Positions 25,542 to 37,600 of a DNA stretch of 64,000 bases are shown here, piece after piece. The position numbers and the translations under genes were made by a program. The number at the start of each line of letters is the position of its first letter. The first letter of the stretch is position 1. The notes below the pieces were generated by a model. The model ran no database searches and was not told the origin of the DNA. It saw only the letters and a program-made list of their open reading frames with translations. Source of the stretch: Tubulanus polymorphus (taxonomy: Eukaryota; Animalia; Nemertea). Location: the NCBI RefSeq assembly GCF_964204645.1, contig NC_134027.1, forward strand, positions 21,414,560 to 21,478,559. Direction: 5' to 3'.

Positions 25542-28500
25542 CAGGGCGTAGTGCAGATCGGCTCGCGATCAGGACCGCACACGTGTAACAATGTATACAA
25601 ACACTATTCAAACGGCTTTTACGGGGTAACAATTATAATAATCCACAGAGACAATAAGAAAGTTACGAAAGTCGTCGTCACCGTAAAAAGTGCATTAAAC
25701 GATTATTGAAGGTTATCGCGTGAAAATACGTATGACATGAAGTCACTAACAAGATCAAAAACGATCTTAGCAATATCTGTCTTCCCACCCCCTATCGGCG
25801 ATATCTGGTTTCCGAACCCTTGCTGACGTTATAGATTTAACCCACTTGAGCAATTACGTATAGAAAATGTAGAAAATGCAGGTAAAGTACCAGTCAAGGC
25901 TAGTGGTTTAACTCGGTTAACACGCCCCTTGCGCGCGTTTGCATTTAATAAACAGCAATATAGTACATCTCTCTCCACAAACAATGGTTTCCGGTGTTAT
26001 AATTGCGTGATTTGAAACATGAATTCGACATCATCTTCACTGCTATATTGCAATTTTGATATAACAGATGGGTGCTCAATCATCGTCCGCAAACTTTCCA
26101 TAATTCCTCTCCGTCGATGAATTAATCAAAGAGGCGGCCAGACGTTCCCAGCTGAACAGACACAACGCAACGGGATTTTACGTGATCAACAATTTCCGGC
26201 GGTGTATCTCCACTTTCATTTAATCAAAAGCAGTTTGTACTGAATTTTCCCTATAGAATAATCAATTCGTTCTCGTTATTGTCTCATTTACGATCAAAAT
26301 TCTGGATTTAATATCGAACCTAGTAACAGCGTATTAACGAATCTTCACAAAAAAATGATACCGTTATGTAAGGTTATTTTTTAAACTAAAATTACCGTCC
26401 CGCCGCTATTCATTATCTAATATCGTCTATTATCGCTTTCACGTAACATTGCGTGTGCGGATGATTACTGGATGGTGATAGAACGAGGGTCTTCCGTAAT
26501 TTTATCGATATTAGTTTCAATTATTGTTTTTATTCGGCAATTTCGTCATCATCATTTTTCATCTAACGAGACTTTATGAGAGATTTCTAACTCATTTATA
26601 CGGAGCCTCTCGGATGTGACATGGTGAAGGTCTCTTTTCCGTGCGAACGAGATCTTTTTTTCTTAGGAATGAAATGCTTTTCATTCGAATAAAACTTTTT
26701 TTCGAGGGAATGGAAGGTTTTTCGTTCGAAAAAAAGTCTTTTGTCAAAGGAAATGCAATTCGTAGCCAGAGATCAACTCCATAACTTCCTTATATTCATC
26801 AATCCTTCTAATCTGTGTATTACCTTACCCTGTATCTAAAAATGTATAGAAAAAAAACAAAATTATCGTATCATTCTCATTTCGTCATGTGAAAATAACT
26901 GATAAGTTTGTTTCACTGAAACGAAAAGATTGTCTCGTCCCTGCCAATAAAAATATTTGTCACCACGTCATTACCACCGGGATTGCGTACATTGAACATT
27001 TTTTGACAAAATCGATGGTACAGTGTATCTAATATCTGAAAGTGTGGGGATTTATCCAAATCCCATCTGATAAGTGTGAAAATAAAGCTTCTAGTTTATC
27101 ATCCACAAGTTTGGGATTTGTCTGATAAATGCCATAGTCATAGTGCTGAGAATACAAGCGGTTTATCCGTCACACTTTTTTATTTGCTTCAAGGCAATTA
27201 CATTGTAGGAATATTGTCGATTTAGCGGACATCATAAAACTAGAATATCATCCGATCCCTCGGATCGGTGTTCAACCTAGAAAAAAAGTACAACATGCAG
27301 ATCACATAAGGTTTTTCCCAGAAAAGAAGATTCATGAAAATTAACATAAAATTTATGGACACTTTTACAAAAAAATAAGGAATCGGTGAATCAAAAAATG
27401 CATCTAGAAAATGATTAGGTATCTAGCGGTATCTCAAAAACGAAACATGGCTGGAGATCTTCATGTGAATCATGTGATTTATAGATGAAATGTATATATG
27501 TGATGATTAGTACATTGGATGGCAATTATAAATCAGGGGCATTTGACATAATTTTCAGAATTGGTATTTAGACTCAACCTAAACACTGTATTATCGTATT
27601 ATGATCAGTAATCAAATGTATACATCAAGTACATTTACACAAATTGCCTACATGTATACATTGCATATACTATCAGTATCATTACCAAATTATCCACTAT
27701 CGCTGTATTTGGTGACCTATCCAAAATAGAGTAATGCTTCATCGAATGGTTGGTAATTTTGATAAGGTAAAACCGTGGGCATTTTATTAAGAAAGCCAGC
27801 AACATGACCTTTCTCGACAATTTTGACATGCTGAATCCCAAAATCAATGTTACCAAGCTGTATTTTGAATTTAACATTGGCAAAATTTGAAATTTCAAAA
27901 TGGCCGCCAAATTGACCAAAATCTATAGAATATATTCATCATAATATTTACAAATCAAACTAATTGTTATACATGACGAACAAAATGTTGAACCTATTTT
28001 TACATAGTTAGGCCTAATATGTATTCAAAATAACTATAATAGTACACAAATAACAACTGCTTCTTTTTATATGTCATTAAATTTATTAAGACACTACTTC
28101 ATCAAATATTCCGAGTATTTGAAATGATATTCATGTTCATGTAGCCGAACTTAAATCATTTTTAACAAGTATAAGCTTATTCTACCCTAATCTAACGCAC
28201 TATACAATACGTACGAACTCCAAGGACCTCCTTCCTTCGATAAATATTCGAATAAATATTTACCATCCTTGGGTATGAGAGGAAATTAGGACGATGATGG
28301 CTGTTCTAATTAAATCAGAGTTTTTGAATTATTTAGGTTAGAATCATGCGTAGATTGAAGAATTTCAGATTTATTTCATTAGTCTTTTCGTCGAAGTGTT
28401 TAGAATAACGACTTCTCCCTGTGTAAATCTGAACCCCACACCGCTGCAACCTACCCTGCATCTCGTATCGTCTCTATGTAGAAATGAACCCGGATTCGGA

Positions 28501-28555
28501 AAATATTTATCGTTTGATAAATATTGACATCAGTGAGAACGGGCAAATGGGTGCT

Positions 28556-28566
28556 CATATAAAGCA
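28556..28566 (+). promoter_or_regulatory. TATA box of CAP2 first exon A
   Basis: CATATAAAGCA about 85 nt upstream of ATG 28641. The identical 11-mer precedes exons B1 and B2. Confidence 0.6.
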
Positions 28567-28640
28567 AGCGCGTGATTAGATATTGTTTAGTTATCGGACG
28601 GTCCAGCCAGTAGCCAGAGGGGTTCCTGTAAATTTCGACG

Positions 28641-31600
28641 ATGAATTCCAGTGCGGCTTATGTGACGTTGTTGTTATTTGGTTTAACTGTTAGTGAAGTG
28701 AAATCGTCGGTCACTGGAGCTATTCAATGCGATGAGCTTACAAAATCGTAAGTATGATATGATATGTAATAATATAAGTCCATTTTACATCAAAGTGTTC
28801 ATTTTACTTGATTTACCCTCGCCCGGGCCAAATTTGGCCTGACCAAAAACGTCGGACCAGGCCCGAGCCAAATTTTAGCACAAGACAAATGATTGCGTTT
28901 GAATTGCAACTAGCACCGGTAATGATCCACTTCCCTTTGTTTGAGCATTATTGAGTATCGAGTGAATGTTTGCGTGTTAAGGTGCTCTCTTATTAGGCAC
29001 GGGTCAAATTTGGCCCGAGCTTGATCGGTGCCAATTTGGCCCGGGCCAAATCGTCCCCGTGTGATCGCGGCTTATATCAGCTGAACATACTTATTTGGCT
29101 AGTAGCACGACTAACGTGAAGTGACTGACCTGACTGACCGTCGTCGCCTGAGGCATAGAAGGTTTTCTACAAGCTATTGTTCCTAGAGCGTGAAATGCAT
29201 TCCAACGCCTCGGGGCACAACAGCAATTCTCTAGGACCGCTCAACAGAAGTGTCCAGAGAAATAGAAGTGTCCAGAACCAAACACTTGTTTGAAAATATT
29301 TCAAGCCAAGACATTAACATACTTTGAAATAGATATGTAAATCTGCGATATTGTGGGAGGACGTTAAAATCAAACCACCCAACTACATTGAGATAACTTT
29401 GTTTCATTCAAAATCGTTAGAAAGAAATTGACATTGCGAGGGAGAGGCCGAAACTGTGGCGATATCGATAATGAAAACTTGTTGGTAGCCGATGATGTGC
29501 GTGTCGCGATAACTGTTTAGATTTAATAAGATACCGCATTCACGACGTGTAATTTATAGCAATATCAATGAGCAATATCGGAACTTCATATAAAGCACAA
29601 CACGGCGTAAGATATTATTTAGTAATCGTTCGGATCAGTAGCAAGATAGTTTGGAAACCTTGCACCATGGAGTTGAAGGCTATGTTACTGTTGTTGATAG
29701 GTCTAATCGGTAGGGTTGATTCAGAAGTAACAGGACCAGTAAATCAAGCAGAAGCTTTGACATCGTGAGTATAACGCTCGGCCTCTTGCAGTGGAGCGAG
29801 AAACTACTTCTTTCAATACAAAATACCTACGTTTTATTCACATGATAACTATTCACTCATTACATTTATCAAAATGATGTTTATTTCGATACATTCGGTT
29901 ATTTCAGTAAGGCTATAAATGATATGATCGACTCGCAAATTAGAGGTTTGAAACCACCCAGTGAATTCGAATATAACACGACTATGATATGTTTCATAAA
30001 ATTCTAAGTGCCATTTGGCTCATACAGAGCCCCGGAGGTGACACGATGAAAATGTTTTTGAACGAAATGATTTTCATGGCCACGAAACCTTTTTTCATTC
30101 GGAAGAAAAGATTATTTAGTTCACACCAACCCTTGAGGTCAGTTCCACCGTCAAGTAGGATTAAACGGATTATTTTATCTCATTTGGTTCATGAATTGTC
30201 TTCATAATAGAAATAGTCTGTTGAATGCTGCTACGCGCGCCTGAGTAACTTTACGAAACTCTCAACGCGTGTGATTGGCATTGAGCCGTTAAAAGAAATT
30301 AATTGAGAAAATTTCATTCGAACGATCCGCGCTGATTAAGTAGTAAATTAATCTTAAGTTCAATCTATATTTGATGAACACTAATAAGATACCGCATTCA
30401 CGACGTGTAATTTATAGCAATATCAATGAGCAATATCGGAACTTCATATAAAGCACAACACGGCGTAAGATATTATTTAGTAATCGTTCGGATCAGTAGC
30501 AAGATAGTTTGGAAACCTTGCACCATGGAGTTGAAGGCTATGTTACTGTTGTTGATAGGTCTAATCGGTAGGGTTGATTCAGAAGTAACAGGACCAGTAA
30601 ATCAAGCAGAAGCTTTGACATCGTGAGTATAACGCTCGGCCTCTTGCAGTGGAGCGAGAAACTACTTCTTTCAATACAAAATACCTACGTTTTATTCACA
30701 TGATAACTATTCACTCATTACATTTATCAAAATGATGTTTATTTCGATACATTCGGTTATTTCAGTAAGGCTATAAATGATATGATCGACTCGCAAATTA
30801 GAGGTTTGAAACCACCCAGTGAATTCGAATATAACACGACTATGATATGTTTCATAAAATTCTAAGTGCCATTTGGCTCATACAGAGCCCCGGAGGTGAC
30901 ACGATGAAAATGTTTTTGAACGAAATGATTTTCATGGCCACGAAACCTTTTTTCATTCGGAAGAAAAGATTATTTAGTTCACACCAACCCTTGAGGTCAG
31001 TTCCACCGTCAAGTGGGATTAAACGGATTATTTTATCTCATTTGGTTCATGAATTGTCTTCATAATAGAAATAGTCTGTTGAATGCTGCTACGCGCGCCT
31101 GAGTAACTTTACGAAACTCTCAACGCGTGTGATTGGCATTGAGCCGTTAAAAGAAATTAATTGAGAAAATTTCATTCGAACGATCCGCGCTGATTAAGTA
31201 GTAAATTAATCTTAAGTTCAATCTATATTTGATGAACACTTGAATGATGAAAGCTAATCCAACGGCAAGTTAAACTCGATCCTTACAAATTAAATTCTAC
31301 ACTCTCTGAATGCCATTCGATACTTTAAAGATAGATCTAGCTGATTCTAGCAAATATTCTAAAAAAATTAGAACATAGTAAGGCCTGTGCTAATGCTTTG
31401 CATTTGTATAATATGACAAATTGCTGACCCATAATTTCTTTTTTTGGTTATATTGGTTAAAAGATTATTAAATACAAAAATCGATGTAAATAGTGTGAAA
31501 CAGAGAATAATTTTTTCCGAGTATAGATTAGGCAATTCAATACCTTAGTTCCGTGTACCTAAATCTTCAGGGCCAAGTTTCACAATGTACATGTAGGCCT

Positions 31601-34600
31601 ATAATTCGTTGATGCCTCATCTACTGCCAGTGCCAACCAATGAATTCCGTATTTAAACGATGTTGGCTGATTCGGGGTGTTAATATACGTACAAATCATG
31701 TACTACCACAACTCTTGAGTGTGAGGGCTTTTTGACACAAGTGTCGGCATCAATTTTCTCAAGTTTGTGCGGCCCTCTGTAGGGTGTGAAAAAAGGTAAG
31801 TCAAGTAAGTGACAAAAACCTCTTGGGAATTCGAAGAAGGTGATAAGAAGAGCTAACGTGTTTTAATGCTTCCTTTTATCAAGAAAATGAAATTCGTCGA
31901 AGCGTATGAAAAAGTGCGTTCATGTTGACTCTCCTCGGACAAGGGCAAGGATTACATAAATAATTCAACCTAAATCACAACTGTGGAACCGGAAGCATGT
32001 ATGCAAATGGAGCGCTAGAATGCCAGAACACGAAAACAAAACAAAAAGACGCCGAATTTTCTATAAACACCAGTTTTCTTCTTAACGCCAAACCAAATTC
32101 AGTAATGAAAAAGGCCGAATGGCGTTAAATTTTACGATATGCAAATGAGGTTTCTAGAACACCGGCGCCAAAGATGAATATCAGGGTTACTGTGGCCCGA
32201 ATGGGACATCACCATCTAATCTGAAGTTTCCCCCGTTTTCTGCTAGGGTTCACCGCTGAAATGATGGAACGGAAAAGTTGGGTGATAATTTTCACGGCCA
32301 TATTGTGTTAGGTAAACAGAGCGTAATTATTAAAATAGAGCTGTCAAATATGTGTCGACTTCAATTTACTATGCCATTTACAAGTCTTGACAAACACTAA
32401 TTTGAAAGAGAATTTTGATAGATTACGTCTGCAAATAATTCGATTAGTATTTCAAAAGTGATTTTGCCGACGGGGCGACCATTTCCACCGATGACAGACA
32501 CCGATTCACATCAGATTTCAAACGAGGAGGATTTAGAGATTTTATCGCTTAACTCGGATTTTAGAACTTCTTAATCGACGCTTTTGGTGATAAATCTAGG
32601 AAAGTATGTAGGATTTGACGGCAGGGAAAAGAACTTGTCTTATCAACGTTAAATGGATGCTGGTGCATTTTCGCGATTTATTCGCATCACTATCATTCGT
32701 TATAGAAGTATTATATTTGAATGTCGTTTTGACGCAATGAAATCATTTAATTTCTCGGTACATGGTACAATTTATAGATATATTCATTGGGGCAAAATAT
32801 TTAGCAGATCCGGTGTCCATTGAAACGGTACTATTGATTATTATATTGCATGTTGAATGTTAATACATTTTTTGCATCTCACTTAACCCAGCAGGTGCTT
32901 CATATTTAAGAGCTTATCATTGCATATCGCATAGACAGACTACAATCATTAATTTCTGTATTAGTACGGTGGATAATTTGCGTGAAGCCGGGATTTCCTT
33001 AAAGTATGGATACACGTGTACATATTCAAAGTGATAGCATTAATTGTCGATAGAAAAAGTTGTGAAACTAGCGAAAATTACTTAAACGTGCCTGAATAAT
33101 TATTTTATCGAAAACGCGCGGAGAGCACCAATATAAACATAGATCATTTGCACTTCGATACGTAGTATAAAATTCCATCTGGAATCCTAGCAAATGTAAT
33201 ATAATCAATTTTCACATCTATTTTTCGTATATTATCTAAAATTTATAGTCGATTAAGAAGTTTTAATGCTTGAGTTCATTTATTAGACTCAAGAATCAGT
33301 GTCGTTTGAGCGGAACTGCTTGGAAATGTTACTGGTTTTCATGTTTCAGCTGATCGCTGTAGCGCGGGCAGCAGAGGATACGACGGTGTAAGTAACGAAC
33401 TGTTTAACATAATTTCACTCTTGAGGGAAATAAACTGTTTAAGAGAAGAACCTGTAAAATATTGTAGGAAATATTGAAATGTCTTATTTCAAATTTTGTG
33501 TGGGTCTATCGTGTCACTGGAATTTAGAATTATTACTTATCTGGATTGGGTGACGTAGGAAATTGAAAAAAAAGGATTCTATTTTTCAAGATCTGGCGAA
33601 AAATCAGCGTCGCATCAATATCCGGAGACTGAGAATAAATTTTAAGCATCCAAATGATATAGCAGTTAAACCCACCTTCCTAACATATACAATATACCTA
33701 TGTATTAAAAATACAAAAATATATAGATCGTAATTGGTACGAACTTTCATTCAAACTGAATGGATTAATTGCACGATTGACTCTAAAACGAAATCGTTTT
33801 AGAGTCCATGATTATACCATGGGCACAGGAACTCAAGTTTATATGTCTATGGTTCAACTACTTACGATTTCAAGAAAAATTTGAAGGGCATTCAGTTTGT
33901 ATAAGAAGGGCGCAAGGTGTCACCGTGAAGCCTCAAACGGGGAGCTTGGTATCCTCTATCTGAAAATGTTGAAAATTGATAACAACATCATTTTCCAGAC
34001 TTCATTTTCCAAAATTGTTTGATATATATACTAATTATTATGTTTTCAATGGCAAAGTTTTGTGGAACCCTTCAGGATTTATTAGGGGTATTAGATGAGA
34101 TGACCCCTAAATCTGCCATTTGATTTCCGTATAAGAGGCTTAAAGTAAAGATAATTTTGTGTGAGTCTGAGAGGAGTCGCTTGGAATGAATCTAGACGTT
34201 TTCAGACAAATGTCGAAATTGAACATTTGGCACTAATTGTCATTATAAAGATACCATGCGGCGTTGGATGGCCTTGGATTTACAGCTATGTAATCGTTTT
34301 CGAGCTTCGTAGTGCTCTGTTCGGGGTTTAAAGTTGTTAGTGTCTTTATTCGTAGGAGGAAACTCATCCAAAGTTTGAAACAGCTTTCTGATCTGAACAT
34401 TAGTTGGCCTCCTTCCCATTGCTACGTATATACGTGCTACCTTCAATCATGAAACTAGTCTTGAACGTGAGACCCATGGGCGAGTTGCTCAAGACTTGGT
34501 TATAGTTAACCAGTGGATATTTGAAACGATTGAAAGTTCATTGTTGCTATTACATTAATCCACCGGTTATCTTTAACCAACTTTTGGGCAACTGGCCCCT

Positions 34601-37600
34601 GGCATTGTAGAACTGAATGTTGCGAATCAAATTTGCTCCGTGCCAAGTGACTGAGCGCGTTCACACATGAATAACTCGTTAACTTTTTACTAAATAAAGC
34701 GATGCATTGGCGAGCGCGTGAGTCAGTTCCGGAACCAGATTCACACGGGATGAGTTGATACATGTTCAAATTCGGCACGAGCCTGATCCGACATTTTTGG
34801 TCGGGCCAAGTTTGCAACTCGCGCTTATCTTACATGTTCGGTTCTTTGAAAATACAGATGTATTAAGTTGTTTTGCAGCCTTGTGTATTCATTTTCATAT
34901 TGTACAAATTGTTGTATATAATTTACTTCTGAAATGAATAAATGAATATGCTTAGGTACAGGTGTTTTTTTTCAAAAACGAAGAAAAAACCTTTTCGCAC
35001 CAGAATAGCACAAAAACGGAATATAAGATTAATACTTTCATTTTTTGGTCTTTTCAGTTTATCAACCAAAGGTATGTATATGTACGTTTTGTATATCGTA
35101 AAAGTTGACCACAAGAACTTAGCTTCATGACCAGGTTCATGACTGGTGATAGATTAGATCGTGTTAACTTTCATTCTGCCTTATTGATTTTTCTTTTATG
35201 AGTTTTTATTTGAGCCTACATGATTTCGATGTTTCTATTATGTTCTTAAAGTCATCTTAGGAATATTGACGTATTCCTGGATATAGCTATAATGATACTA
35301 AAACCGCACGAAAAGACTATAGATGAAACACTCTTCCCGTGTTGTAAAGTTCTGGATGGAAGACATCCTCAGTTGTCAGGTTTTGCCAACAGAAACCCGG
35401 GCCGCAGACCCTTCATTGTTCTATTACAACGCCCAGGATTTCTTAGGCGCACAGGTAGCTGCTTATTGCTCAATTAGATGCGTGGTGTTGATATAGTGAA
35501 TCTACCGGTGAAAAACAACGCATCGGATTGGCTTAAAATACGTAGACCGGTGGCTGCAGAGCGGCAACCTGTCCAGCCGAGAAATCTTGGGCGGTGTAAT
35601 GGAACAATGAAGGGTCTGTCGTCGGGTTGTGTTGTGTTGGTTTGAGCTCTGGCGGGAGGCAATCAGACCCTGGCAAGCGAGGATGGATGAATATGAGATT
35701 TCTAATATAATGAGGATCAATTTAAACAAAAGATTCTGCAATTTAAACCGACCTTGCAACTACATCTGTACTTCGATTTCCGATTTCCAAGATAAACTCT
35801 TTGGGCCAGTTTTATAGACTAGAATTAACTTTAACCCAGGGGCTAATTTTCAACAAGATTAGCTCCCGGGTTAAAGTTGTTACCAGTCTATAAAACCGGG
35901 CCCTAGTTTCGTGATGTGTCGGGATGTAAGGGACACCAAAGTCAAATCAAATAAAATGAAAAATGAATCGATCGAATTATAGAAATTTCGAAATCAAAAA
36001 TGGTATTGAATAAAACTTTAAGAATGAAAAATGTTCACTATAAGAATATAAGATATCTCTCTGAGATAATCTTTTGTTCCACGTTTCGCCTAAATACACG
36101 TCAGCCATCTTCACGAATAGATATTAGCTCGAGGAATCTCCTAACACGTTCTATTCTCATTGTGGGATTTAAGCTTGCTTTTATCTTAAAGTTTATTTAG
36201 AATACTAGAAATATTTCGGTTACTTCCTACCACCCATCTTCAGTCTAAAATGATGTATCAAATAACTAACTACGTATAAACTAAGACACGAGGAATTCTA
36301 CCCGAAATATTTCTAGCATTTTATACAAATCTTTGATTCGTTCAGCAATTGTGGGAATTGACATTAATTGTTTCGTCGCGGATATTTTGATCTTACTGAT
36401 TCACAAGAACAGAATGTTTCATCAATGCTTATTATTTTGTTATGTTGGTATTTAGTTAGGTATTGCATTCAAGTAACAAATTACGATGTTCTTCATTTTT
36501 CACAAATATGGATGCTTCGCCTACTGAAAAAAACCTAAATGAAGATGGGAACTATTTACTAATTATTTTTTTATAGTTTGTAGCGGTTCTATTAAGGGAT
36601 TGATAACACCGGATGATAAATCACGAATTGTAGCCTTCCTCAACGATAAACGCAGGGCTCTGCAAAAATCCAATATGTTTGAAGTTGTAAGTTCATTTTC
36701 AAATGACAGTTGTATTTTTAGATGATTCTTGTATTCGTGAAACTATTTTAATATTTTCATCCATGATTTAATTTTTTTTGTATATCTATGTGCAGACTTG
36801 GGATGATGATTTGGCGGATTTAGCAGAAGGCTTCTCGAGAGCGTGTATATTCGGACATGGTATGATGAACCGGTACGTATGTTTACAGTAACATGTCTTA
36901 ATTCAATTAAGTTGATAATCATAATTTATGGAATGCTCGAATGAAGAGATATGGTGGTGAACCATGAACCAAGATGATCTCGGACTGGGCTTATATCCAG
37001 TCTATACAACTGGGCCCTGGTCTGTCTCTTGATTCACTGGCGTTCCATTCAAATTCTGACCATATGGAAATTTCAATCTTTTAAGATGTGACAAAACAGA
37101 TACTACCGGTAGAACAGTTATGAAAGAAATGTTTGGTCAGAATTCGGCTTACTCCATGGGTAAAGGTTCAACCGACTTTGAAACGGTATTGAAAGGATGG
37201 TTTAGCGAGAAACCGCTGTTCGATGAAAGCACGAACCGCTGTACTGAATTGTGCGGTCACTATCGGCAGGTAATTATGGTGGCTGATTCGGGCCATACTA
37301 AAAATATTTCCGTACGGCTAAGGGAACGATAAAAAAATCTTCACATTGGCCCGTTTTTTGGTTGTCTCGCACGAGAATTCGAAACCTTTTGGTTTTCTAG
37401 CGCGAGAAAACAAAACATTTTGGTTTGAAAAAAAATTGTCTCACTTGCTAGTATGGTGGCTGATAAGGGCCATAGCGTAAAATTCCTGGTATTTAAATGA
37501 GGGCGCCAGACCGCCAGAACGCCAAAACGAAAAAAAACGTCAAATTTTCTCTAAAAGTTCGTTTTGGCGCGCCAAAACAAAGAAAATTCCGTTTTGGCGC

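Larger units (their letters stand above)
29524..31239. repeat. Near-perfect 858-bp tandem duplication carrying a promoter and signal-peptide exon
   Basis: Units 29524-30381 and 30382-31239. Duplicate ORFs in the track are offset by 858. One visible substitution (A30157 vs G31015). Confidence 0.95.

Noticed and set aside
31783-31795. AG/GTAAGT-bounded 13-nt candidate microexon in CAP2
   Set aside because: After a phase-2 exon it reads into TGA and ends in an incompatible phase. It could only be a poison exon, and nothing supports that.
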